The position numbers and the translations under genes are program-made. 64,000 nt of DNA from Perna viridis (lineage: Eukaryota): NCBI GenBank assembly GCA_037379345.1, contig CM074525.1, positions 18,092,618-18,156,617 on the forward strand, written 5' to 3'. Shown in pieces: positions 1 to 12,479 of this stretch. Numbering within the stretch: the stretch's first letter is position 1; every line of letters begins with the position of its first letter. Below the pieces are notes generated by a model. That model was not told where the DNA came from. It did no database searches and saw only the letters and a list, made by a program, of their open reading frames with translations.

Positions 1-518
1 GCGTTCTTGAATATCTATCATTCGCTCCCTCACCTTTTCGTTCTCTCTGCGCATTTCATCTCTCATATTCAATATCTGTTAATCTTCGATTCATGTTCAT
101 GCAGTTACCCTCTGTACCTGAAAGCCTTTCATTCAGATGAGCCATATCTAATTTCATTTGACGCATTTCACTCTCGATACTCAATCCTTGATAGTCAATC
201 ATTAATGGCGGGTAATGATTAAAGTTGTTTCACAATGCCAGGTATAGAATCAAGTGCACTCATTCTTGAATACATGTCTGATATTACGTCTTCTAGACAT
301 GTAATTCGAGAAGTAGTGGAGTGTATCGTATTTCGTGAGAAAGTAATTAAAAGTACTACGAGCTAACATGCTAAGTTATATACTGTATTTCCTAATGTAA
401 CAAATGACAATCATATTAAAATATTTTAAATTCAAAAACATTACTCTTTATCATTATCAGTTTACAAGGTCCATATTCACTCGGTGATATTCGTGATATC
501 ATCTCGATATACTGTACA

Positions 519-662
519 ATTTATGGCAGCTCAGTGCATGCGATATCATGTTTTATGGAACACTTAAGAGATATTAAAATTAACGAGGCCCATGGCCGAT
601 TTCGATACCTCTTTTCAGTGTTCCATAAAATATAATATTGCATTCAGTGAGCTGCCATAATT
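519..662. repeat. ~45-bp imperfect inverted repeat; one arm recurs near 4605-4655
   Basis: TTATGGCAGCTCA...TTTTATGGAACACT / AGTGTTCCATAAAA...TGAGCTGCCATAA. Confidence 0.75.
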
Positions 663-1484
663 GATTTAAGTGAACAAGTTTAGGCAAATACCACAAATAG
701 ATATTTGACCAATTAATATTGACTCTTACACAGGAAACAAGTTTGAGGTGAATTAGCCGTGCAATACTAGTATAATTTGTAATCAAAACGCCAGGTCTGA
801 TCTTATCGGTAGGGCTTGGAGTAAAATGGAAAAAAATGTACCCATACTTCACCGAAAAATCACTTAAATTGACATATTTTTCAATGTCAAAAACCCTAGA
901 ATATTTATGCTTCAGTAAAAAATGATCTATTTGGTATTTCCTGTTTAGTACCAACACAATTTATACTTCTTGGGGTTCTTTTGGTGACTTGTGGCAATTT
1001 TCATATCCAGACTTTGTCAAAAAATGCATAAGATGGGATTTTCGACTTCTTCTTAAAAAGTCGTATAAATTCGGCTCTACAAGTTATTGCTTAACTAAAT
1101 TGTCTTACGTTTGATAATTTAATTTGCTACATTTGTCCCTAAATGAACCACGAAAAACTAATTTTCAAGGAAGAGTTTTCAAAAAATGTTAAAAATATTA
1201 CCCCTTTCTCAGTATCAAAAAGAATTCTAATTCACACCATACAGACCCTGTGAAAGTCATGTTTTAGGCACACATATCTAAACTAATGGTGTGCCCAACA
1301 TATCTGATGAATTCAGGCGCTTATATTTTCTTGTATCTTTTTTCACTGAAAAGCGTTTGTTATACGGTCTTCAATAATTATTTAAACTCATATAGTTTTA
1401 TTTTTCGTTTCCGACATGCCATATGCATAAGAGTTGGCTTGTTTGGCTTTTGAGCAAGAAATGCCGAAGTACGAACATTAAGTA

Positions 1485-1568
1485 TCAATCTCCGAAACAG
1501 AGGTCCATGTATCTCTTACGTCAAAGTACAGGGACGAAGGAGCTACCAGCCTCTGTTTCGGAGATTGA
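1485..1568. repeat. 84-bp element with perfect 19-bp IRs
   Basis: TCAATCTCCGAAACAGAGG / CCTCTGTTTCGGAGATTGA. Confidence 0.8.
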
Positions 1569-1583
1569 CTAAGTAATACCGTC

Positions 1584-1640
1584 CGGCCTCACTAATTAGC
1601 GACAAGAAGTGTCTTGAGAAGTGACAAGAGCCAACACCAA
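1584..1640 (+). mobile_element. Solo terminus of the same MULE family
   Basis: CGGCCTCACTAATTAGCGACAAGAAG resembles the TIR at 32729/35836. Confidence 0.65.
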
Positions 1641-2449
1641 GTCTAGAAAAAGCCACCAGGATATTTTTGAATATATGTATTATATTCAACTTTGTCTTCC
1701 TACAGGTGACACCTACCTCATATTAATAATAATTATTTTGGTTAAAACATGATATAAATGTACATTTTTATAATGGCGTCGACTTGAGGCATTCATTTCA
1801 TATTAATTAAAACAAAAACAAAAACAAAAAACAAAAAAAAACATTAATTTTGTCTCCTTGACGCATTAAATAATACCGCGAACAGGAGGAATTATTTTGC
1901 GTCAATTACATTAAGTAAAATCAAATCTAACACACCGGTCAATCTTTTCTGTCATCTTGAAAAATATATACAGTAGCAATGAGCAAAAGGAGTTTGAAAT
2001 GATCCAGAAAATGTGTCTTTGAATTTACACACACACAAAAATAAAAGATATTTCATGAACCAATAAGTTAAAATGATAAGCACTATGTTCAAAAACCTTC
2101 TTTCAAGGGGGATATAATTAGAATTTTAATTATTTCCAATTTTACAAGACAAAACGTTTGGTGACCCCAATTTTCTTTTCGAAATATGAAATAATATCAG
2201 TATTCTTTATACAAATTTTTAAGAAATCTGATCTACCAGTTCTATAATAGTTAGTGAAACGGTGAAAATGCATTACATAATCTGTATAAAATGTTGTAAA
2301 AAAGTGCATATATTACGGCTCAATTGTCTCGATATTAAGTTCGGTGACCTTTGTTTTTTGTCTTAAAATTTTACAGAATGTTTTCCAAGGTCGTTTTTTT
2401 TTTTCAGACAAATTAGGAAAACGTAACTACTAGGTATGAGCTACCTTGA

Positions 2450-4337
2450 GGAGTGTTTCTAACATTGTCTACTGTACATGACAAATATGATGTCGCACCA
2501 ACAGACGAAGTCCAAAACAACATTGTATTGTCTGCAAAGACGTATTACATCCATGCAATGTTTATCATCAGAGGTAGACATAGAAAATAGAGGCAGTAAT
2601 AAGACCTATACTGCTAGTACTCTCTCAAGAAAAAATAGTGGAAAACCATAAATCCGTGCTATCCTCTTTTGGTCTCTCCACCAAAGACGACGGTTGTGTT
2701 CTATCGTCTATGTACCGGATTCCTAAACTCCACACGAATCCATACAAATAATGCTACATAGCTTGATCGGCAAAATGTACCACCAAGCCTTTTGAAAACG
2801 TTTTATTTCTATCCTCACAGCTGTCAGAGAAGATCTCCATTCCTACCACGACACTGTAATGGTACTAATTCAATGTGGATCCTGAAAAATTCGAAAGATC
2901 ATCTGGAAACTCGCAATTAAAGATTATTTTCAGAATATAATACCATTAAAACCTATGATTTTTCAACTCTTTATACTTCTATTTCCCTTACTTAGTTAAA
3001 ATCCCGACCCCCAAAAACATTATACATCGTTGTTACTCCAGAAAAGACGGTACATCTAGATACAAATATGTAGTTGATGGTAGAGATTCCTCATACTTTG
3101 TAAAAAAAACAATTCAAAATCATCTTCCAAATAAACCGAAGATGTTTCAAAATGCTTGAAAATTTGATCGACAATATATTTGTTCAGTATGGTGGACGCG
3201 TCATTTTCAACAAACGGTCGGCATTTCAATGGGAACAAATTGTGCTCCTATACTTCTTCACTGTTATGAGGCTGATTTAATAGTTGACCAGACCCAGAAG
3301 AAGGAACATCGTTTAACTAGATCTTTTAATCTCAGTTTCCGCTATATATATTACGTATTATCGTTGAACAATCCTAGTTTCGATGATTTTATTCATCGCA
3401 TTTACCCAAAGAACTTGAGATAAAGAATACTACAGACACTGTGAAGTCAGCCTTATATCTTGACCTACATTAAGAGATAGATGGTAAAAGAAAACTACTG
3501 ACCAAACCATACGAAAAACGCGATGATTGTTCATTCCGTATTGTCAATTTTCCCTTCATCTGTGGTAATATCCCTTCCGTACCATGCGTATGGAGTTTTC
3601 ATATCACAACTCGTACGTTGCCAGAGCTTGCCGTTACTACGCAGACAGACTTTTACCGGGCTTTAAGCAGGACCAGGTGCACCGGTAGGGTAAGCGTAAA
3701 TTAACTATTTCGAACGAAAGTCGACAAATATCTTTTTATGATACAGAATAATACTGAACCCTTTAATTATAACGTATTGTCAATTTTCTTTTCATCTTCG
3801 GCAACATCCCTTCAACACCTGCGTTTGAAGTTTTCATATCACAACTCGTATGTTAAGCCAGAGCTTGTCGTATCTATTAGCACCTTTTTTGTACCGCGCT
3901 GGACTTTTCTTGCGGTTAGGCTTCTGCAGCGGGCTATGTTGCTACAAAATTAAAGTCCTCACTTCAGAAGTTTTGTGGTCGTCATGAACTCGTGGATCGT
4001 TGCGGTAAATCCAACTGCACCATGAGAACTGATTTGTTCAACGTGTCATAGTTTTCCACTCCTCTTTCGGCTACCCTGGAATTGACTTTTTTAGCAACTC
4101 AAAGGGTGTTTCTAGAAGAGGACACGCTTGTCCCAGTGTTTGCCCTACCGATGCACCTGGTCCGTGATTCCAGTTTTTAGTGGAGTCCGAGTTGCTCATT
4201 TACTTTTGTTACTTTCTATGTATTATTTTAGTTACTTTATGTTCTTTGATGTGCTTGTGTTTTCCATGTCTGGTCTTTGTCCCTAGATTGCATTCTTTTG
4301 ATTTCCGCTAGAATCTGGGTTCCCTTGATTACTCTTT
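2450..4337 (+). mobile_element. Decayed Penelope-like retroelement (RT, probably Naiad/Chlamys type) with a partial tandem duplication and 3' UTR
   Basis: Frameshifted peptides IPKLH, MWILKNS, IKTYDFSTLYT, QTVGISMGTNCAP, SFRYI..VLSLNN, YLDLH, KRDD.SFRIVNFPFICGNIPS; 3537-3660 is repeated at ~3775-3900. Confidence 0.85.
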
Positions 4338-4865
4338 CTAAAATATTAATGTATTACCCGCAATTATCAGTGATTAAAATAAAATATTATAGCTCATAAA
4401 ACCTAAGATTATCATATAAAAATTCAGAATTAGTGCCATACTCCTATTTTAAGTGTTTTTTTTTATCCGACTGTAATTTGGTAGTCGAAATTCATCAGAA
4501 TCCAATTCAGTACGAGGCATAAATAAATAATAAGGATCATTGGCGCATTATAAGTAATGGCTCAGCATACATGTAACTCAGTAATATAAAAAGAATATCC
4601 CTTTTAAATGTTCCATAAAATACGATATCACATTTACTAGGTTGCCATAATTGTATAGTATCTCGAATATCAAATCTGAAAAGGGCGGTGCAAAAATACC
4701 CTAAGCATACAAATTCAATTAGGTCAAATGTTTGTGACCATCAAAAATCAATAAAAAGGAAAGAACAGGCACCTTGATCAGCATCCCATTTAGCTCCTCA
4801 CATACCAACAATCATACTTAGAATGGCAAGTTTTTTTGGGAAACAGTAGCTGAAAAGCAGAGGAA

Positions 4866-5520
4866 TACTAGAAATCAAATCGATCTCCGTGGGCCCCGCG
4901 GTGGCAATTAAGCCATATATGTGAAATGGAAATACGATTTAGGTGATTTACCTACATCAATAGTCCACATCGAAAGACAAAAAAGTTACCTCCTTGGACA
5001 AGAGTGAAAAAAAAATTTGCCCTTGAGGTCAAAGTTCAAGGTCATAGGCCACTATCGATGGTACGTGACACACCATCTTTACATAATTTAATCATGCCAA
5101 ATATCTAAACCCTAAACTGAAAGATGAAAAATTACAGCCCTGACATAAGTTTGTTACTGAAAAACAGGAATTTTAACCTTAAGTCAAAGTTCAAGTTCAT
5201 TGGCCACTATAAATGGTACGGGGCACATTGCCATTACATGATCTACCCACATGCCGAATATGAAAAGCCCACATCAAAAGATAAAAAAAAAGTCCGCGCA
5301 GTCACGAGTTAGTCAGTGAAAAACAGAAATTTGACCTTGAGGTCTAAGTTCAAGGTCATAGGCCACTATCCATGGTATGCAATGCATTGTTTTCGGGTGA
5401 TCTACCCACTAGCCTACTTCGAAAAACAAACAAAATTACAGCCTGGACACAAGTTTGTAACAGACAGACAGGATGATTACTGCAGGACAACTGCCACTTT
5501 TGGTGGCAGGGCCCTTATAA
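4866..5520 (-). mobile_element. HINE-like element with ~150-bp internal tandem units, GACA microsatellite and terminal hairpin
   Basis: Three units carrying (G)AGGTCAAAGTTCAAGGTCATAGGCCACTAT variants; ACAGACAGACAG; CTGCCAC..GTGGCAG hairpin. Confidence 0.6.
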
Positions 5521-7324
5521 AACAATATGTCTGGCAGGTGTATGGTGAGGTAAAAGAAAATAAAACAAATCTACATAAAATCTGTATTCATAAAAATTCT
5601 ATTTTTAAAACAGCATAGAATCACAATAATGGACAATTACAATAAATTTAACAATGATCTGATTCATTCTAACAAGAAAAGAATTAGAAAATGAATCATG
5701 CATTCCATTTCTAAAGCACTGAATATTATAATACACAGTATAATTAATAACCAATGGAAACCATAGTAATAAAGTAACCATTCAGAATTATTTTAACAAC
5801 ATGACCACTACACGAAGATCCACGTGTTGTCGTGCTAGGTATACCCCCACTTTTACAAATCTCACGAAACAGGAAGTTAGTACTGAACAACAAAAAATTA
5901 CTTTCCATCTATAATATAAAGCCCGATACCAAATTTGAAATAAAATTCATCCATTGGGAGGGGACATAATTGTGACAAACTTATGATGGATCATGGAATG
6001 ACAGATAGGGTAGTTGTTACAAAAATACCACAGCTCACTCATCACTCAGAGTGAGAGGGGGTGGGGTTGGGGTAGGTATATCATTTTGAGAGGTTGGTTT
6101 ATATTCACGTCTCAAAAATGGGTATTTTTTAAAACCCATAACTAAAATCAACTTTAAGATATCAGGAATACAATGATTACACCGGATTTAGAACTTTTAG
6201 CAAAGTTTACTGAGTTAAAAAATAAGTTAGATGTTGGGACAAAAGAAAAACTGGGTTGTATATTTCAGTGATGTAGCTTAACCTAAAAATTCTAGCTATG
6301 GCTAAAACAGACTTAAAACTTTCAAAGGGATGATGTAAATTTGAAGATAATTCTAAGGTAAAACTAACTCTAGGATGAGAAAATGAAGCAGGAATTAACT
6401 TAAAATATGGACGGAAAAACTCAATGGAATGAAAATAAAATAAATAGCTATGTTAAATAAGAGAGTATTAAAACTACACATAAATACTTCTATAAATAGA
6501 AAAAAAAACAAACAGAAACTTGTAACAAAGAAATATAGGAAGGCATAATACATGGTTGCACTTAGTGTACACAAGAAAAATTGTAACACATCATTTCTCC
6601 CCTTTCCAGACTCACTTCTCCCTATCACTCCTGAAAGGGAGAAGTCACTTCTCCTATTCATTGAATCCTAGATTATGCCCTGCGTATGTATTGAAAACAC
6701 CTGAAAACAAAGTTCTCGTGTGTTTTTCATTTGTAAAGTACTACCATGAAAACAAATGCTTAAAACTTCATGAAAAACAAGTTGTTGAAAATTATATGAT
6801 GATTATAAGTCTTCTTTAGGAAGCGATGTGATTTTCATGTAATTTTTGAAAACATTTTCTTCCATCTGGATTTATAGGCACTAAAACCTTCTATGGCTCT
6901 AAAAAAATGATTCCATCTGTTTTAAATATAAGGAGAATATTTCACAGAGACAGCACCCCACCAGGATGAGAAAAGTCAGCTCAAGGCAACCCGTGGGTTT
7001 TCAATGAACGAGGAATCCCTCAAAACATTTTGCAATTTTTCTTGTGTAATAAACATAGTGAGATAATTTTTTTAAAACAATTTACAATAAAATCTTCCGA
7101 CATAAAACAGAATAAAGCATGCAATTTTTATCTCTGATTATGACATAAATTATTAGGGTAAAATTTATGAAAAATTACTGAACCATAACCATACAAGGGC
7201 ATCAAATCTTTCAAGGGGGAGGGGGGTTCACATGCTTCAAATGGTCAACAAGTTAAAGACCAACATTTAAGGTAAGGCAAGAGGTCAATTATTGAAACGA
7301 AGAAACTACAGATGAGATCAGTTT

Positions 7325-7700
7325 TAACCTCTCATAAAACTGTTCTAGAACAGTCAAAACAACTGTTCTAGAACAGTCAAAACAACAGTTCTATGACAGA
7401 TTTAGAACAGTTCTCATACTGTTCTAGAGCCAGCTCATCTGACAGATTTAGAACAGTTCGCATACTGTTCTAGAGCCAGCTCATCTGACAGTTCTTGCAG
7501 AGCCGACTCTATTAGTAAAAATGTTCTTGAAGAGCTGGCTCTGCTACACCTGTCAGAAGAAGTGGCTCTAGTAGTAGAACTGTTATTGCAAAGCTGGTTT
7601 TGCTTGTAGAACTGGCTCTATAACTGTTCTATGACACCTGTAGAACTGTCATAGAGCCACCTCTTCTGACAGTTCCCCTGAGATGTTAGAACTGTATGCA
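7325..7700. repeat. Array of palindromic CTGTTCTAGAACAG / AGAGCC..GGCTCT subunits with imperfect inverted ends
   Basis: Visible direct and inverted subrepeats. Confidence 0.7.
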
Positions 7701-9119
7701 CCAATAACTGTTCCCAAAGAAAGGCTCAACACAGGTAATAATGTATCTAATTCCTATATATAAAATCTTAACCTTATTCCAAATTTCAAGAAATTTGTTC
7801 TGATGCGGACTATCTTTGTTCATCAACATTTTTGACTCATGTAAATAAATATTTCTTCTTATTTTCTGCAAATCTTTTTTTGCAGACTTAGTTTTGCCTA
7901 TCAGAGGACTGAACACAACAATAAAAACTAGTACTGATTAATTAAAAGGATATACATGTAACAATGAGATCAAGGAAATATAAATTATCACTATACAAAC
8001 TATATATACTTTACTATATATAACAAGGAACAATTCTGTACAGTGAAACCTGGGTTCACCTAGGCAGGATCCAGGATTTTAAAAACATGGGGAAAAATAC
8101 TTCCCCATCCCCCCCCCCAAAAAAAAAAAAAAAAAGAATTGTCTAGATTGTAATACTCCCAATTTTGTCATACACGTTCTTTGAATTAAGCCAAAAAATT
8201 GAAAAAAATCATAGCCAACCACGAAGGCACATATAGGCACCAGACCAATATCCCCTTTTGTAAGATGGCTGCAGTTAAAATTAAATTAACATCAATGTTA
8301 ACCAACCAATCTACATCTGGACCATTTCTGGAGTTTTTTTTTCTTTCTTTCTAAAACATTTTATGGTGGAAGATCTACAGTTAGCACGGATCCAATTTTA
8401 TAATTTTCATAGCTGGATAAAACCATGAATTGAAAAGTTCAAAACTTTAATTGTTTACTTAAATACAAGAAACAACAAAATGTCAACAAAATTTGAAATT
8501 AGTTACTGAACAGATGAGTTACTTTAAATAAAAGTGACTTTCCAGTATTCAGTTAAAGCTGGACTCCCCTGATTGGTGTGATCCAAGTTTCACTACATTT
8601 GTTAGACATGCTATATATCACAAGGCAAACATTCTAAGCCGACCTGATTTCACGAGGTCAACAAACAAAGCGATAATTGAAGGAAATGTACAGTAAAAAA
8701 AAATTATAACGGTAATATATGAATTTGAAAAAGTGGAGTTTCACATTAAAGCGGGAGAAAATCAGGTTTGCTTAAGCTAACGCTGGTTAGTTATATAGAA
8801 ATCACAATTTTAAGCAAAAAAGTAACTAATACAGCTATTGTATTTTATATATTACTTATGTAAACCTTACACTGACATATTTGAAACACTGATATATAAA
8901 AGAATGACCCTCCTGAGAGTTGGGAGAATTTCTCGTCTATTCTGAATCCAATTTGAAAGGAAATGAGTGAATTTACCTTAAATATCAAACACTAATGAAA
9001 TACTTCACATGGTGCAGCTTGATACAATTACAAATGTACAAATAGTACTTTAAAATTGGAAATTGGATACAGGAATAATGAAATGTAAACAATGTTTCAG
9101 AAAAAAATGTATTTGGACA

Positions 9120-9315
9120 GGAGGTAGAAGTAACACTTGAAATCAGTGAAATGTTTGTATCATATTCAATTTCACCAAAGCCTCTCAGGCTTTCATTTGA
9201 AACAGAAGAAATCAGTCCAAGTTACTTTGATGCTTACGTGAGATTGATGTTACATGCTGAATACAAACGTTCCAATGATTTGCAAGAGTTATGTCCCTTA
9301 CCTAGGTCTACCTCC
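9120..9315. mobile_element. Kolobok-like MITE, left end degraded
   Basis: Internal match to the 50345 copy; right end CTACCTCC|TTAA. Confidence 0.7.
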
Positions 9316-9472
9316 TTAACGTTGACTAATAACTGTCTAACCTTATTTGATATTGAACTTCATAGAACAATTTCTTACAGACCCATATAGTATTATTTAA
9401 GCTATTGTCTAATTAACCCCCCCCCTCCTCCGCCCCAAATGCTTGTTTTAGTCTTTTTTTCAGTCCACAATC

Positions 9473-9478
9473 TTTATT
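9473..9478 (-). other. Candidate RFX7 polyadenylation signal (AATAAA), implying a ~3-kb 3' UTR
   Basis: AATAAA on the minus strand; the 9.5-12.5 kb region is U-rich with many TGTA elements on that strand. Confidence 0.3.
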
Positions 9479-9860
9479 CAAGTTATTGCACAAAAAGCCA
9501 AGCATCTACTGCAAAGACATGGACAATGACAGCACCATATCATTAAACAATATAAAGATATCCAATGCTTAAGAAATTTTCTTTCTTTTTTTCAGTGGAT
9601 CCTTAAAAACAGTAATTTCAACACCAGCGGAAAGTACACTTATTTTGAATGGATTTCTCTTCATTCTAGCAGGAATTACAAAACTACATATATTCTCAAA
9701 TATTAAATGAATAGAAATGTTTGATGAAAAAACTAAAGTATAATGTACACAATACATAGCGCTTTAACATTCAACTTCTAAGTCTTGTTGTTCATATTTG
9801 GCTTTATACCTAAGGAGCTAAATCTATCCTATATGTACAGCAAAGGACCAAATTTCATGT

Positions 9861-9961
9861 AATGTCGAAAATATACTTTGTTGATATAGGTGCAATGTCA
9901 AAAATATACTTTGTTGATATAGGTGCAATGTCGAAAATATACTTTGTTGATATAGTTGCAA
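9861..9961. repeat. 33-bp tandem repeat x3
   Basis: AATGTCRAAAATATACTTTGTTGATATAGGTGC. Confidence 0.95.
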
Positions 9962-11895
9962 ACTCTTCTTAATCTTTTTAAGAAAAAAAAATTATGAAAA
10001 ACTTAAACCTACTAATTTTTCAAATTATTGGTTCATTAACCACAGACTATTTGGTTGAAAATACTGTATAATTTTCTAATAATGTCACCTGTAAAAAATA
10101 AAGGTAACATCTGCATGTGATGATTAGAAAAGACCATAGAAAAGTTAGCACCAGAGTAAGTTTATTGTCATAATAACAATAGCGAAATAAAAACCAAAGT
10201 TACTGACATAGTATGAAGAGTTTTGCTGTACATACTGGATGGTTATAGCTGTATATGAGACATATGTGGGTGCAGATCCAAGGACTGGGTGTGCCAGACT
10301 TACGCCCCTTAAATCAGTAAGAAGACAAATTTTCATTGCAAGTTTCACCCCATAATATTTTATGCCCATCAGAGCATCAAAGTCACTTGGATCGTTTCAT
10401 ACTTCTTCAAACAGATGCTTGATAGCCCTTGGAAAATTGAATATGATACAGACACATCACAAATATCAAGAGTTACATCCCTTAGCCTAGGTCTACCTCC
10501 TTGGGAACACAAATGGATAATGGTAGAGACATCAAAAACAGAATCATTTGAACCTGGAACTATTATAGATTTGTACAAATGAACACAAAACAGAATAAAA
10601 AAAAGAAATATAAAATTTCAAAACATCAATAAACCAATTTTCTGCCTCTTGGTCCAAAGACCCCAGTGGCTGATCCAAGGGGTATAGAGGCTGTATGTCT
10701 GTCAACAGGCATATAAAAATTAAAAAGAATTCCAGATTCAAAATATACAAATACCATGTTAAAATTAAAAATACTGTACAAAAAAACTCATTGGCATTTC
10801 TCTGTAATAAGGAACACTTATACAGCACTTATCTTTGTATAAAAAGCACTAACTACTTCTCAAAAGTTCAGTAAAAAATATGTACTTTGTAAAAATTCAC
10901 AAATTGTACATTGGAACTTATAGACAGGCCCCCTTTTTATCATCTTTCACTGGGTCTGCCTACCGTTTACACATATATATACGAGTAACTCTGTATAAAA
11001 AGGAGGCACAATTGTTCACTTAACAGAATCAGTAGGCAGCCCCAATGTGGCTAAAAAAGGCGTCATTTCTATCAGTTCACATGAAAAATTGTTCAAACAA
11101 TGATAACTCAAAGGAACTATATCATTAAATACCAACCATTTTTTCATGTTGGGGGTGGGGGTGGTTTCCACAGCAACCATAAAAATACTTTTATTTGTAT
11201 ATCTGCCTTGTAAGGTAATTAGGAAAATACAAAATTTTAATTCTTTTTTAATGGGTGAGTAAAATTTTTTTCAAAAATTTTGAACCCCAATTTCTCCAAA
11301 AATCACAGGACCTCCCTCACCAATAAAATGGTTGGTGCCTTAAAGGATATATTCATTTGTGTTTTTAAACTATGAAAACACATTTCTATTAAAAATGGTG
11401 GAATTAAGCAGGTTTTGAAACTCACACAAACTCTATGAACAAGTAGAAATGACAAAAATTGGTATTAGCTGTAATGTACATAAATGTCTAAATGCAACTT
11501 GGAATGGCAGTGCTCAACTTAAAACAAAGCTCACAAATCCATGTATACAATAATTTCCTGCCCAAAATAAATACAATGCCAGAAAAATAAAATCCCAAAT
11601 TACCAATTTTAAACAGGTAAATACATGTATAAAAAACAAAAATCAAACCTACCCCACAACAGACACAAAATGTCATGGTCAAAAATGCCTTAAATTTACA
11701 CATGAAGTTGCAGTCAAAATATTCTTGTTTCAAGGGTACCAATGTTTGCATTTTTTTTTCAATTTTTGGTTTCTTGAACAAATATAAAATTTTCATTGAT
11801 GTTTTAGAGGCTATTCAAAAATCCACTCAAAAAATTTTGACAGACCACAAATATTGTTAAGGAAAAATAAAAGTGCTTAACAGCACAGAAATGTT

Positions 11896-11897
<2 letters not shown>

Positions 11898-11928
<31 letters not shown>
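11898..11928. repeat. (CA)n microsatellite
   Basis: About 15 CA units. Confidence 0.95.
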
Positions 11929-11930
<2 letters not shown>

Positions 11931-12479
11931 TATCCTTAAATTAAAGAAAAAAATCTGCCTGTACTTTTAACCTTAGAAGAATAAAAATTTGGTAAATTAA
12001 TTTACTTTTGACATGATCCACTAATAAAAATTTTGAATTCTGATCAAAGGGAACTACCACTTGATTTTTATGGGTGGAGGTGCAAGGATCAAATTTAAAA
12101 TAAAATGCAGGATTGAAATTTTCAAAAAATAAAAAGGCAGGATATATTACTGTCCTAAAAATATGTTTTTTATCAAAAACAAAAAAAACCTATATTTTCT
12201 CAATATATTTAAAAAATAAGAAGACAGGATATATTACTGTTCTAAAAATATTTTTGTATCAAAAATTAAAAAAAAGGCAGGACCTATATTTTCTCAATAA
12301 TAAGTCAGGATAGAAAATTTGATCTTATCCCCATAAAAATTTAAATGGTTGCTCCCTGACAAACACAATCAAACAATAAAATGTATGACTAAATTTTGAA
12401 TTAAGAAAATGTAGACTTAATTTAGCACAGCTTCTTCACGTAAATTAGAACAAGAACTTGTATGTGTACAACACAAGTT

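Noticed and set aside
11164-11177. X-box-like GTTTCCACAGCAAC suggesting RFX7 autoregulation
   Set aside because: Lies in a MITE-like fragment downstream of the stop; a chance match is plausible
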